DNA of 64,000 nucleotides, taken from positions 3,954 to 67,953 of the IMG/VR virus record IMGVR_UViG_3300025949_000027; one strand, written 5' to 3'. Positions 1 through 10,294 of this stretch are shown here, one piece after another. Position 1 is the stretch's first letter. Each line of letters starts with the position of its first letter. A program made the translations under genes and the position numbers. The DNA comes from a virus. The notes under the pieces were generated by a model. The model did not search any database. It was not told the DNA's origin and saw nothing but the letters and a program-made list of their open reading frames with translations.

Positions 1-58
1 AGGGTTTCCGGGCTTCGGGCAGTTCGGCGGGCGGTTCGGCCGTCACTTCATCCGGAGC

Positions 59-1399
59 ATGAACGGCAAGACGGCTCAGATCGTCGGACCAGACGGCAAC
101 GTATCGGAGGTGCCGGCGGACCACATGCCGGCCGGGTCTACCCCGGGGGCCTACCTGAACGAGCCCGCGTTCATGCAGGGACACCGCCAAAGGGCCCTGG
201 CTGCCGCTCAGCCGTTCGTTCAGGCGCTGGCCCAACGGGGGGGCGCCCCGGCCGCTGTAGCGCCAGGCCAGGCAGCGCCAGCGCTGCCGCCTCCTCCCGC
301 GTCCGTCGCGCCGTCTGCGGTAGCCGCCAGCCCGCTTCCCGCCGTTGTGTCGCCCGTCCAGGCGACACCAGCCGCCGCCCCTCCGCCTCCGCCGACCGGT
401 TTGCCGTGGGGGGATCCGCAAATGCTCGACTACATCCGCCAGTACGGCGGACCGGCCGCGGGGCTCAGCCAGGAACAGGCCGACCTTCTGATCGGCAAGG
501 CCCCCGTGGGTCCCAGCGCCGAGACGATCGCCTACAACAAGGCGCAGCAGCAGTTCACGGCGAACAACCAGTTGTACGGCGCGACCGGATACCAGGGCAA
601 CGCGAACCAGGTCGCTTCACAGGTGGCCGGTGGGGCGCAGTCGGCGGGGATTCCGATGGGCGTCCTCGGGACATCGTTCTACAGGGGCGGGGCCGATTTC
701 GGCGGGCAGCAGAACGCCGGGAACAGCCTCAACGGGAACAACGGGGCGGTGAACTGGAACGATCCGTCGGTGGCGAACTATGGGGTGTCTGATGCGGCCT
801 ACATTCCTGCCCTCGCCGCCACGTTGTTGAACGCGAAGACGGCGCTGAATAGCACCCCGACGACCACCGCACAGGTCGGCAAGTTTGTCACGGATGTCGG
901 GACTCAACTCCAAGCGCAGGAACGTCAGCAGGCACAGCAGTCGTACATTCAACAGTTGGCCGGGAGCTCGGCGCCAATGCCAGCCCAGGCGATCGCCCAG
1001 CCTGTCATGTCCGCCGTAACCCCGGCGACCGTGAACCCAGGCGGCCAGGTCGCCGGACCAGCTTCCACGGCAGCCGTCAGCTATGCACCTCAGCGCCAGA
1101 CGATCCAGCCGACTACGCAGACCGCAACCACGGCACCGACCGTAACGCAGAACGCGCAGCAGAGCCAAGGATCGGTAACCGGGGGCGGCTACACGCCTGG
1201 CGTGCCAGCGACGCAGACGAAGCTTGTCGGCGGAACCAACGCCGACGCAGCCGAGCAGCAACGACAGCAGCAGGTGGCCGACTTCAAGGCCCAGGTCGCT
1301 GGCATGTCGAACAACAAGCCGCAGACGTTCACGGGGAACCTCGCCGGGGCAAACAGCGGTGGCAAGTTTACCGCGCCTGTCGTCGGGTCGAAGTTCTAG
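59..1399 (+). CDS. Hypothetical Ala/Gln/Pro-rich protein (possibly virion-associated)
   Basis: 446-aa ORF, GGAG just upstream, co-oriented with neighbours; no recognisable motif. Confidence 0.6.
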   Translation: MNGKTAQIVGPDGNVSEVPADHMPAGSTPGAYLNEPAFMQGHRQRALAAAQPFVQALAQRGGAPAAVAPGQAAPALPPPPASVAPSAVAASPLPAVVSPVQATPAAAPPPPPTGLPWGDPQMLDYIRQYGGPAAGLSQEQADLLIGKAPVGPSAETIAYNKAQQQFTANNQLYGATGYQGNANQVASQVAGGAQSAGIPMGVLGTSFYRGGADFGGQQNAGNSLNGNNGAVNWNDPSVANYGVSDAAYIPALAATLLNAKTALNSTPTTTAQVGKFVTDVGTQLQAQERQQAQQSYIQQLAGSSAPMPAQAIAQPVMSAVTPATVNPGGQVAGPASTAAVSYAPQRQTIQPTTQTATTAPTVTQNAQQSQGSVTGGGYTPGVPATQTKLVGGTNADAAEQQRQQQVADFKAQVAGMSNNKPQTFTGNLAGANSGGKFTAPVVGSKF

Positions 1400-1402
1400 G
1401 CA

Positions 1403-2206
1403 ATGGACCAGCCAAGGCCGCCGTTTGTTGTCAGCATCGGCCGTGACACCGCCCGCCTGCTTATGGCTGACGGCACGACCAAGGACATCCCGGTGTCGGC
1501 CCTGCCGACCGGGCAGAAGCCAGGGGCGCCGCTGGAAGACCTGGCCCCCGCTCCGGTTACATCGCCGCAGCGCGATCCGGCCGACTTCATGGCTGCGCTC
1601 GCCGGGTACGCCCCGCCTGTTCCGATAGCCAAGGGACCATCGCCGCGGGTTACGAGCGACCAAGACCTGGCCCTATTGGATGCGGTCGGACAACGGTACA
1701 AGGCCTTGGCTCCGCACATGGCCAACGCGGCCGTTGTGCAGTCGCCTGATCCAGGGGACGGACGCCAGCTTGAGTTCCACCACCCGGCGTCAAGCGAGAA
1801 CCCGGTCCCCGGGAAGATGACGTTCGAGATGTTCAAGCCGTTCTCGGGGCCTGAGCGGGCGGACGCTGTGGCAGCCGACGCACTCCACTACCTCGGAGGC
1901 CGAACGAACGACGACGCCGGTCCGCCCGTGGACAAGCGATGGCAGGACATGCGCGAGCAGCTATGGAACTCCCGCACGCCCGCTCAGCGCGCCGTCGATC
2001 AAAAGAACTTCGAAGGGGACCACGAAGACGGCCAAACGTTCGACGACTGGGCGTCTCGGAACCGCAAGGACGCCTATGCCAGGGCTGGGATCTGGCCAGA
2101 GCGGAACCCCGACTGGAACCGCGGACCCGACGATCCGATGGGCTGGACTCCGGAGCAGCAACAGCACTTCGCGAAGATGAAGGAGTACCTGACCACCGGG
2201 AAATGA
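1403..2206 (+). CDS. Hypothetical protein
   Basis: 267-aa ORF starting 3 nt after the previous stop; protein-like composition. Confidence 0.65.
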   Translation: MDQPRPPFVVSIGRDTARLLMADGTTKDIPVSALPTGQKPGAPLEDLAPAPVTSPQRDPADFMAALAGYAPPVPIAKGPSPRVTSDQDLALLDAVGQRYKALAPHMANAAVVQSPDPGDGRQLEFHHPASSENPVPGKMTFEMFKPFSGPERADAVAADALHYLGGRTNDDAGPPVDKRWQDMREQLWNSRTPAQRAVDQKNFEGDHEDGQTFDDWASRNRKDAYARAGIWPERNPDWNRGPDDPMGWTPEQQQHFAKMKEYLTTGK

Positions 2207-2267
2207 CTCTCGATGGCTGGGCGACCAACGCCGGGGCCCACGGGTTACCCGGATAAGGAGACCGAGC

Positions 2268-2885
2268 ATGGAAATGAAAGAGCAAGAGTTGACCCCGAAG
2301 GCACTGCCGAGGTTCTTCCGTGAGCGGGAGGAAGCGCTGGCGAGCGTCGAAGCATTCGAGAAGGCGCGAAAGGCAGAGGGTTACGCAGAGGACAGCAAAA
2401 CGGTCCTTGGGCGATCGGTGTTCATGGAGTACGACCGCCTACCGAGCGGGATCGGGCTGGGGTTCGACATCAAGGCTGGCGTCACGGACCACGGCGACGG
2501 GCGTGGATGGGTCGGCAACGAAACATGGGAGGCGTCTCTGAAGGAGCGGTCCTGTGTCTACGTCGGCGACTCTCCCGAGCAGGCGATCGCCGCGATGATG
2601 CAAGGCGTGGCGCAACTCGCCTACGACGGCGCCATGCACCCTAAGAACCCAGAAGCAATTGGCGCTCCGCCGATTCAGCACGTCATCAACATTCTTACAG
2701 ATAGGCTGAAGTGGCAGACCGAGCGACGCGAGGATTCCGTGCGCGAACTGCATCGTTGCTCTGGCCCCGGTGGCCCGTCGCCTGACACGAAGACAACCCT
2801 CGTGCCTACCCTGGACCGAAACAACCAGATCATTGCCGCCCTCGGCACCGCGATCGCCGCCCTCGGGCGTGTGAACGATCTCTGA
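2268..2885 (+). CDS. Hypothetical protein
   Basis: TAAGGAG Shine-Dalgarno upstream; 205 aa. Confidence 0.7.
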   Translation: MEMKEQELTPKALPRFFREREEALASVEAFEKARKAEGYAEDSKTVLGRSVFMEYDRLPSGIGLGFDIKAGVTDHGDGRGWVGNETWEASLKERSCVYVGDSPEQAIAAMMQGVAQLAYDGAMHPKNPEAIGAPPIQHVINILTDRLKWQTERREDSVRELHRCSGPGGPSPDTKTTLVPTLDRNNQIIAALGTAIAALGRVNDL

Positions 2886-2886
2886 C

Positions 2887-3168
2887 ATGTCCGACATGGC
2901 TAAGAAGTTGGTCTACGTCGAGTGGTCGGACTCCTACGGGTGTTCGTCCACTTGGCAGCGCCTAGAAGGCGAGCCACCGGAGGTGATGATCTGTCGGTCC
3001 GTCGGATATCTCGTTCGGCAGACGAAGCACCTGATCGTCATCGTCCCGCATGTGACTCCCGACCGCGACGGCGAGTACCAGATGGGGTGCGGCGACATGA
3101 CGATCCCGATTCGCGCTGTCACCAGGATCGTTACGTTGAAGGTCCCAAGGAAAGGCCACGGCCGGTAG
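2887..3168 (+). CDS. Small conserved phage hypothetical protein
   Basis: LVYVEWSDS...CRSVGYL...MTIP pattern typical of a widespread small phage family. Confidence 0.7.
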   Translation: MSDMAKKLVYVEWSDSYGCSSTWQRLEGEPPEVMICRSVGYLVRQTKHLIVIVPHVTPDRDGEYQMGCGDMTIPIRAVTRIVTLKVPRKGHGR

Positions 3169-3197
3169 TCCGCGTCAGCCTGAATTTCGTTGCGCCA

Positions 3198-3312
3198 TTG
3201 ACCATAAGGAAAACTTATGCTCTCATAAGTACCGAGAGCTAAGCGCAACCCGCCCAAGCGAAACCGAAGGGCACGCTCGAACAGAAGACGTTCGCGTGTC
3301 CGGAGGTTTCAC
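3198..3312 (+). promoter_or_regulatory. Late promoter plus conserved leader element, copy 1 (capsid operon)
   Basis: TTGACC(3198)-17 nt ending TGC-TCTCAT(3221), then GAGC-TAAGCG..GCCCAAGCG..GGGC..GCTCGAAC..GTTCG..GGAGGT before ATG 3313; homologous to 18035 and 26844. Confidence 0.85.
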
Positions 3313-4551
3313 ATGGCAGCTCCCGCCGCAACAATCGCCAGCCTTGGCGCTGGCCTGCGACGCAGGTATTCCGACAAGTTCGTTTCCGCGATCGAGTGGT
3401 CCGCTGGTCCCGCCGCTGCGCAGGTGCGCAAGATCGGTTGGACTGGTTTCCCGACGTGGGCAATGCGGGTGGGCAACAGCCCGGCTCGTTCCGCCACGTT
3501 CGCGACGGCCCAGTCCCTCGCCGGAACGGCGTACACCAACATCGTTCAGCCGGTAATCCCGACGTACATGCAGGACTACGGTCTTGCAACGATCGAGGGT
3601 CGGCTGATGAAGGCCGCCGCCAACAAGGAGGGCGCCCTCTACGACAAGATGGTCGCCCAGATCGACGGGATCATGAAGGGGACGATGCACTCGTTCGCCA
3701 CCAAGATCTACCGGTCTGGCTACGGCGAGTTGTCGACGATCAACGCGGCCACGACCCTGGCGTCGACATCGCTGCAGTTGGCGTTCCCCGAGGACGCGGT
3801 TCTGTTCGAGATCGGCCAGTTCGTGCAGTTCGCGGCCAGCAACACGGCGGCGATGCGCAACTCCGGCGCGACCCTGCAGGTGCTCGGCATCGACTACAGC
3901 ACCGGCATCCTGACCATGTCGGCCAACATCAACACCGTTACCGGTGTTGCCGTCGGCGACGTGATCTACTCGCAGGACGACCGCGGCACGGGCGCTTCCC
4001 CGGCGAAGATCTGCATCAGCGGCTTCGAGGCGCAGTTCAACGACAACACCGCTCTGTTCGGCGTGACCCGCTCGGGTGACGGCCGTCTGCGCGGCTACTC
4101 GTTCAGCGGCCAGGGCCGCACCGAGGAAGACGTCCTGATCGAGGGATTGGCCGAGTCGGACCGCTTCGGCGGGAACATCGACGTGGTCTACATGAACCCG
4201 ACCCGCATGCGGAACCTGGTGAAACTCGCCATGGGCCGCTACCGCCCGACGGTGACCAAGGGTCCGGCGGGGATCGGCTTCAAGGGCATCTCGCTCGTGA
4301 CGGCCACGGGCCGCGAGGTGAACGTGTTCGCGGATCGGTACTGCCCGTATCTGCGCATCTTCGGGATCGAGAGCGAGTCGCTGCAGCTGTTCTGCGCCGA
4401 CAAGCCCAACATCCCGGCGTTCCTGGACGACGACGGCAACACCGTCCTCCGTCTGGCGAGCGCGGACGGCGTCGAGGCTCGCGTGGGCTACTACGCGGAG
4501 TTGGGCTGCAACGCTCCCATCCACAACTTCTGCGCGACGTTCACCAGCTAA
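3313..4551 (+). CDS. Major capsid protein
   Basis: 412 aa, own promoter and strong SD, strongly biased codon use, capsid-like segments (VVYMNP, VFADRYCP, C-terminal YAELGCNAP), followed by decoration/adaptor genes. Confidence 0.8.
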   Translation: MAAPAATIASLGAGLRRRYSDKFVSAIEWSAGPAAAQVRKIGWTGFPTWAMRVGNSPARSATFATAQSLAGTAYTNIVQPVIPTYMQDYGLATIEGRLMKAAANKEGALYDKMVAQIDGIMKGTMHSFATKIYRSGYGELSTINAATTLASTSLQLAFPEDAVLFEIGQFVQFAASNTAAMRNSGATLQVLGIDYSTGILTMSANINTVTGVAVGDVIYSQDDRGTGASPAKICISGFEAQFNDNTALFGVTRSGDGRLRGYSFSGQGRTEEDVLIEGLAESDRFGGNIDVVYMNPTRMRNLVKLAMGRYRPTVTKGPAGIGFKGISLVTATGREVNVFADRYCPYLRIFGIESESLQLFCADKPNIPAFLDDDGNTVLRLASADGVEARVGYYAELGCNAPIHNFCATFTS

Positions 4552-4580
4552 TCGCTGGACGCTGAAAGAGGAGGCACAAC

Positions 4581-5045
4581 ATGCCCACCAACACAGGCGT
4601 TCAGACCCCGCACCCGGCCGCGGGTGTCATGGGTGTACTCGACGAGCTGACGTTCCACTGCCGCTTGGTCACCACGACGAGCGGCACGCTGGATACCACC
4701 CTGAACACCGGGACCTGGGCTCCGGCTGGAATCACGGTCACCAAGACCGCGACGAAGACCGGTCGCTACACGTTCAACATGCCGAGTTCGTTCCAGCGGC
4801 TGCTGAACGTCATCGCGACTCCGGTTGGCCCCGACGACGCCACCTACGGCGCATCGACCACTGGCGGCCCGGCGTACTTCGTTCGTGACGACGATGTCAC
4901 GGCGACGGTGTTCCGGGCTGGGTCGAACCAGGACGGCAGCTTCGAGCTGCAGTTCGTCCGCACGGACACCAATGCGGATGCCGAGTTGCCCGATGGGACG
5001 GCTGTCATGGTCACGATCATCGTGGCGCGAGGCAAGACGTTCTAA
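4581..5045 (+). CDS. Putative capsid decoration/minor head protein
   Basis: Thr-rich beta-type 154 aa directly after the capsid gene, GAGGAGG SD. Confidence 0.55.
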   Translation: MPTNTGVQTPHPAAGVMGVLDELTFHCRLVTTTSGTLDTTLNTGTWAPAGITVTKTATKTGRYTFNMPSSFQRLLNVIATPVGPDDATYGASTTGGPAYFVRDDDVTATVFRAGSNQDGSFELQFVRTDTNADAELPDGTAVMVTIIVARGKTF

Positions 5046-5368
5046 TGGGCGCCCTGCTGATCGAGATCCAGCGCCGGGCCAAGAACGGCAAGGGCGGTCA
5101 GCCTCCGATGGGTGACTACCCCGGCCCGGAGACGAAGGGTGACGAGGAGGACTCGGACCCCGACGCCATCCGGGAGGATGCTGCTCTGAACCTGGCGCGT
5201 GCCCTCGGAATCGACGAGGGAAGCGTGAACGTGCGCGAGCTCGCCGCTGCGCTCTCCGACTTCTGTCAAGCCGACGCCATGGCCGGCCGCTACGGCGGCG
5301 TGGACAAGGAAGAGGCCGACGAAGGCGGGCGCGGCGGACGCGGCGAGGAAATGTCCGAGGGCGAGTAA
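5045..5368 (+). CDS. Small acidic hypothetical protein (head module)
   Basis: TAATG coupling to the previous gene; 107 aa. Confidence 0.7.
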   Translation: MGALLIEIQRRAKNGKGGQPPMGDYPGPETKGDEEDSDPDAIREDAALNLARALGIDEGSVNVRELAAALSDFCQADAMAGRYGGVDKEEADEGGRGGRGEEMSEGE

Positions 5369-5393
5369 TCGCCTTCGGTTTAACCCGAAATCA

Positions 5394-5458
5394 CGAGCGC
5401 CGGCTGGGGCCGCGGAGGAGTTCGTATCCCGCGCCCACCGGCCGGCGCTCGGTCGTTT
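5394..5458 (+). terminator. Long intergenic hairpin (terminator or processing site after the head genes)
   Basis: CGAGCGCCGGC(5394-5404) pairs with GCCGGCGCTCG(5441-5451), with inner pairing; only a short U tract follows. Confidence 0.55.
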
Positions 5459-5475
5459 CCGGAGTTGCGTGACCG

Positions 5476-6372
5476 ATGAGCATCACCCGGGATCAGCTAC
5501 AGGCGCGCGCAGAGGCGATCGCAGACCAACTGCCTTCGACCTCGACCACGTTCGTTACGGCCGCCCAGGCCGCGGACATGGTCAACGACGGCATTCGGGC
5601 GCTGTACGACGACGCAATCGACGTCAACCCTGACTTTCGTGTCACCGAGGGGACGGTTTACAGCATCGTCTCGACGGCCGCGAACTTCATCCCGATCCCG
5701 GCCGACTTCCGGTCTGTCAGGGCGGTCGTTGCCGATCCTGGCACGCAGTACAGCGATCCGCTTCGTCGCGGACAGATGCGCTCCTTCGCCGACGGGTCGC
5801 TCCGTCGTTACTACCGCATTCAGGGAAGCCTGATTTACATCGAGCCGCGCGAGCGGGCGATCGGGAACTACCAGCTTCTCTACAACCCGTTGCCGCCAAC
5901 GCTGGCAAACGGGTCCGACACGCTCGACGTCGAACTGGAGCAGTTCCAGGACGTCATCTTCCTGCACGCCGCAGTGATGATGCTGACCAAGAACGAGTGG
6001 GACATCAGCAGCGTTGGTGCCCAACTCGCGGTCGCGAAGGCTAGGGCGGCTCGCTGGGCCCGCAACGCTCGGACCTCTGACCCGCCAATGGTCGAGGACG
6101 TCAGAAGCCCGCCGCGGTGGCGGTCGAACCTGACCGGAACCTCTTCGTCAACGCCAGCTTCAGGAGGCGACGTGGTCACGGTCGCAGCAACGATCCCGGC
6201 CCTTCAGGCGATCGACGTCTCTCAGTATTCGGGCGGCGCGATCTGCCTTGTCCTGACGACCAATCGAATCTACTACCTCGTTCCCAATACCGGGAACGCT
6301 GACGACAGCCTGACGACGGCCAACTTCGTCGACGCGCTGAACGGAGGGGGCAAGCAATGGCGCGGTCAGTGA
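5476..6372 (+). CDS. Head-tail adaptor protein with C-terminal extra domain
   Basis: N-terminal [10 protein letters not shown]...[11 protein letters not shown] helix pair, [11 protein letters not shown] and YQLLY..PPTL motifs typical of podovirus adaptors; position after capsid. Confidence 0.7.
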   Translation: MSITRDQLQARAEAIADQLPSTSTTFVTAAQAADMVNDGIRALYDDAIDVNPDFRVTEGTVYSIVSTAANFIPIPADFRSVRAVVADPGTQYSDPLRRGQMRSFADGSLRRYYRIQGSLIYIEPRERAIGNYQLLYNPLPPTLANGSDTLDVELEQFQDVIFLHAAVMMLTKNEWDISSVGAQLAVAKARAARWARNARTSDPPMVEDVRSPPRWRSNLTGTSSSTPASGGDVVTVAATIPALQAIDVSQYSGGAICLVLTTNRIYYLVPNTGNADDSLTTANFVDALNGGGKQWRGQ

Positions 6373-9350
6373 TGCGGCGCCTGGCGGCGGTCGCCTTCGT
6401 GGTGGCGTGCCTAGTCGCTTCGGCGCGACCGGCGCAGGCGACGACTATCCCGGCGGCGAACCTGTTCTCAAGCAAGACCGTCATTTGTAACGGCATCAGC
6501 TCGGGATCTGTCCAGTTATCGGCAATCGACGTGACCGGGCTCCCTAGTTACGCGACGCAGGCTTGGGTCATTACGTCGCAGGCGTGGTTCGACCTGGTCC
6601 CGAACACTGGTCTACCTCCCGATGGGGCGACGCTCATCAACGCGAACTCCACCGATAGCCGTCAGTGGAAGATCATCTCCACCGGCGGAGGTGGAGGGTC
6701 ACCGTCGGGACCGGCGGGCGGATCGCTGACCGGGACGTACCCGAATCCTGGATTTGCTGCTACCGGGGTAAGCGCCGGGGCCTACGGGGACGGTCAGCAC
6801 GTCGCCACGTACACCGTGGGCGCCGATGGTCGTCTGACGATCGCCGCAAGCTCAACCATTTCCATTCCCTCGACGGCCGTAAGCGACAGCACGTCACTGG
6901 GAAGGTCACTCATGACGGCAGCCAACGTGTCCGCGGCGCAGTCGTCGCTTTCCTTGGTTCCGGGAACCAACGTCCAGGTGTACGACAGCGACCTGGCGGC
7001 AATCGCCGCCCTGACAACGGCTGCCGACAAGTGCATCTACTTCACCGGTTCTGGCGCCGCCGCACTGTATTCCTGCACGGCCGCCGGTCGCACTTGGGCT
7101 GGCCTTGCTGACGCAACCGCAGAGGCTGGAGCACTGAGCCTAGCGTCCATCGGAGGAACCCTCCCGCTATCCAAGATGGCGACCGGCACCGCCGGCAACC
7201 TGATCACGTACGATGCAAGCGGTAACCCGGCATCGGTTGCCACTGGGACGACCGGGCAAGCTCTCCTTAGTAATGGCCCAGGTGCCGCTCCAACATTCCA
7301 GACGCTCGTCGGCGGCGGAAACGCCCTCACGACGAACCCTCTGTCGCAGTTCGCAGCAACTACATCGGCGCAGTTGGCCGGCGTCCTGACGAACGAGACA
7401 GGGTCAAACTTCGTCGTCTACTCGACTAATCCCGTCTTCGACTCCTGGAACGCCTACACAGAGATCGCGGCGCCAACGTCTCCCAGCGCCGGAACCGGGC
7501 GGGCCTGGGCCGATAGCACCGACCATCGCTGGCACGACAAGAACAGTTCAGGCGTCGTCGCTACGACCGTCGTCTCAAGCACCGCCGGTGCCAACCAGGT
7601 AGCGACGGGCGTCAGCGCTGCGGGCGTAGTTCAGTACACAACTGCGACTGCCCTGGCCTTCTCGGCGGCAATGTCCGACATGGGGACCTTCTCGTCATCG
7701 ACGCTCGCCGGCCGGATGACAGATGAGACCGGCACCGGCCTGGCGTGCTTTGCCACCAATCCAACGCTAACCGGCGCAACGATGGCCGGCGCCCTGCACC
7801 TCGGGGACAACCCGGTTGACCTGACGGTACACAGCGATGGGAACAAGACCGGTGCAAGCCCGGCTCTGGCTGACTTCTCGACCACCAGCAACCGCCACAC
7901 GTGGACCCTCACGGGCAACGTCACGGGAACGCCCACGTGGACCATCGGCTCCGCGAAGTCATTCCGCGTGTCCGTATGTCAGGACGGGACTGGCAGCCGC
8001 ACGATGGTCTGGCCATCGACACCGACCCTGACCTGGGTCGGTGGCTCTGCCCCGACGCTGACCACGACTGCCAGCGCCTGTGACCTGATCGCCTTCGACT
8101 ACGACGGAACGACGATCATTGGTCAGGCGGCTTCGGCGGGCGGCGGCGGCGGAATCACCGCTGGCACCGGTGACGTCACGTTCAGCGGTAGCGGCAGCGT
8201 CACCACGACGCTGGCTAACATCCCGAACGACGTACCGCAGGCCGGAGACATCCTGGTCACGAACACCGTCGCCCCGAGCACGCCCGCCGCCGGTAAGACG
8301 CGGGTCTACGTCGACAGCACGAACAAGGTCCTGTCGTCCAAGAACGACGCCGGAACCGTCACCCACGGCGTAGCCACGCAAACGTCCGTATCGAACCAGT
8401 GGGTAAAGACCATCGGCGCCGACGGCAGCGTCACGACCACGCAGGTGACGGTGCCTGACCTGGCATCGTTCGCGAGCTCTGCGCTACTTGCGAAGGTCAC
8501 CGACGCAACGGGAGCCTCGGGCGTGCTGGTGTTCAACGCCAACCCCGGGCTGACTGGCGCCCAGATGAGCGGGCAGCTCACGCTCAACGACAACCCGGAG
8601 ACGACCACCGAGCACGATGACGGTAACAAGACCGGCGCCGCGCCCGCGCTGGCGAACTTCAGTAACACCAGCAACACCCACAAGTGGACGTTGACCGGAA
8701 ACGTCACGGGAACGCCGACGTGGACGATGCCGAGTGCCGCGGCGATGCTCCAGGTCCGCGTCTGCCAGGACGCCACGGGCTCGCGGACGCAGACCTGGCC
8801 GACGTCGCCGACACTGACGTGGGTCAAGGGTTCGGCGCCAACCCTAAGCACGGCCGCTAGCGCCTGCGACCTGATCCGGTTCTGGTACACGGGCACGGCT
8901 CTCGTTGGGTACCCGATCGACGGGACGGCATACCTGCCGCTGGCCGGCGGAACAATGACCGGCGCCGTTGCGATGGGCGCCCAGAACATCACGAACATCA
9001 AGGATGCGTCGTGGGTCCACGCCACGGCCAGCGTTACCGGGGCCTCCCCGACCCTGGCCGACTGGACGACGGGCAACTTCATCACGATCACGCTGACCGG
9101 AAACGTCACGGGGACTCCGACGTTCACGGCGCCCACGCTCGGATCTGGCGGCGTCGCAAGGCTGACCCTTCGTATCAAGCAGGACGGAACCGGTAGCCGC
9201 ACCCTGTCCGCGTGGCCGACCGGCACCAGGTGGCAGAGCGGCACGGCGCCGACCCTGCCCACGGCCGCGAACTCCGTCTACTACGTTACCTTCTGGTACG
9301 ACGGCACGAACTACGACGGAGGCTACGGATCGTCGGGGGCGTGGCAATGA
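6372..9350 (+). CDS. Tail fibre-like protein with signal peptide and three repeated domains
   Basis: TGATG coupling gives [23 protein letters not shown]; fibre motifs [38 protein letters not shown]; Thr/Gly/Ser-rich. Confidence 0.8.
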   Translation: MRRLAAVAFVVACLVASARPAQATTIPAANLFSSKTVICNGISSGSVQLSAIDVTGLPSYATQAWVITSQAWFDLVPNTGLPPDGATLINANSTDSRQWKIISTGGGGGSPSGPAGGSLTGTYPNPGFAATGVSAGAYGDGQHVATYTVGADGRLTIAASSTISIPSTAVSDSTSLGRSLMTAANVSAAQSSLSLVPGTNVQVYDSDLAAIAALTTAADKCIYFTGSGAAALYSCTAAGRTWAGLADATAEAGALSLASIGGTLPLSKMATGTAGNLITYDASGNPASVATGTTGQALLSNGPGAAPTFQTLVGGGNALTTNPLSQFAATTSAQLAGVLTNETGSNFVVYSTNPVFDSWNAYTEIAAPTSPSAGTGRAWADSTDHRWHDKNSSGVVATTVVSSTAGANQVATGVSAAGVVQYTTATALAFSAAMSDMGTFSSSTLAGRMTDETGTGLACFATNPTLTGATMAGALHLGDNPVDLTVHSDGNKTGASPALADFSTTSNRHTWTLTGNVTGTPTWTIGSAKSFRVSVCQDGTGSRTMVWPSTPTLTWVGGSAPTLTTTASACDLIAFDYDGTTIIGQAASAGGGGGITAGTGDVTFSGSGSVTTTLANIPNDVPQAGDILVTNTVAPSTPAAGKTRVYVDSTNKVLSSKNDAGTVTHGVATQTSVSNQWVKTIGADGSVTTTQVTVPDLASFASSALLAKVTDATGASGVLVFNANPGLTGAQMSGQLTLNDNPETTTEHDDGNKTGAAPALANFSNTSNTHKWTLTGNVTGTPTWTMPSAAAMLQVRVCQDATGSRTQTWPTSPTLTWVKGSAPTLSTAASACDLIRFWYTGTALVGYPIDGTAYLPLAGGTMTGAVAMGAQNITNIKDASWVHATASVTGASPTLADWTTGNFITITLTGNVTGTPTFTAPTLGSGGVARLTLRIKQDGTGSRTLSAWPTGTRWQSGTAPTLPTAANSVYYVTFWYDGTNYDGGYGSSGAWQ
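7810..9320 (+). repeat. Three internal copies of a ~95-aa fibre domain
   Basis: [11 protein letters not shown]...QD(G/A)TGSRT..WP...APTL...F(W/D)Y(D/T)GT at about 7810-8115, 8590-8900 and 9040-9320 (bounds approximate). Confidence 0.85.
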
Positions 9351-10294
9351 TCCGGAATCTCCGGAGAGTTGCCGCAGCCGTCCTGCTGGTCTGCGTCTCG
9401 GGCGGCGCTTCATTCGGGGCGACCGCTACCGTCCAGCACCGCATGACGGAGACGACAGGCACCAGCCTGGCCGACTCCGGTCCTGCGACCACGATCCCGC
9501 TCACGCTCACAGTGGGAAGCGGGGCGTTCTCGAGCATCACGGCCGGCAAGGGCTTCACCTTCGCGGCCAACGCCTGCGCGGACAGCGGCTCCCTGGCCAG
9601 TTCGAAGCTCGCCAATACGTCTACGGGGGTTGCATCGGCGACCCAATTGACCCTCGAAGTCGTTCTCGACACCACGAACGCTACGGCGTTCGACCAGATT
9701 TACGGGTTCAGCAACAGTACCTTCGACGAGTCCTGCGCCCTCTACATGGGGTCGACCGGGACGAACCAGATTTGCTTCGAGTGCCCGGCGGGGGCTGCCG
9801 TCTGTTACGACCAGACGCCTGGCTTTCACGTCCTGTACGCGATCTACGACTCGCCGAACGCGACCAGCTCCAGCCGTAACCTGCTCTACATCGACAACGT
9901 CCTTGCGACTGTCAACACCACGCCTACGGCTGCCGTCTATCCGACTCTGAACGCGGCGGCGGACGCGGGGTTCACCAACTGGGCAAACCAGCGCCTGGAC
10001 ATCGGGTGTTACGTCTCGACGGCCGTTGCTCAGGGCTTCGTCGGGCCAATCTACTACGCCGCCACGTACGCTAGGTACGTCTTCACTTCCGGCGACCGCA
10101 GCAGCCACTACACGGCACTGGTTGCCAACAACGACGCCGACCCGAACGGCGGCGCGGTCGCCAGTCCTGACCCGTTCTTCCTGGCCTACTCCATGGGACC
10201 TCTGTGCGGGGCTGGCGGGGGACGCGACGAAGCGGCGGGCGTGTGGTGGCCGTCGAGTGCGCCAGTCGACCACGCAATGTGGTGCGGCCTGTGA
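9347..10294 (+). CDS. LamG/concanavalin-like beta-sandwich protein with signal peptide
   Basis: ATGA overlap start [25 protein letters not shown]; [27 protein letters not shown] motifs of LamG-like domains. Confidence 0.65.
   Translation: MIRNLRRVAAAVLLVCVSGGASFGATATVQHRMTETTGTSLADSGPATTIPLTLTVGSGAFSSITAGKGFTFAANACADSGSLASSKLANTSTGVASATQLTLEVVLDTTNATAFDQIYGFSNSTFDESCALYMGSTGTNQICFECPAGAAVCYDQTPGFHVLYAIYDSPNATSSSRNLLYIDNVLATVNTTPTAAVYPTLNAAADAGFTNWANQRLDIGCYVSTAVAQGFVGPIYYAATYARYVFTSGDRSSHYTALVANNDADPNGGAVASPDPFFLAYSMGPLCGAGGGRDEAAGVWWPSSAPVDHAMWCGL

Noticed and set aside
3223-4524. Long antisense or alternative-frame ORFs (e.g. 3223-4524 -, 43738-44925 +, 50756-52057 -, 36807-37880 +)
   Set aside because: Shadows of real genes in GC-rich DNA: Arg/Pro-rich, no motifs, fully overlapping better-supported genes
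7810-9320. Diversity-generating retroelement TR/VR pair in the fibre repeats or the 46929/48415 duplicates
   Set aside because: Differences are not adenine-specific, all copies are in-frame coding, and no reverse transcriptase is present in the window
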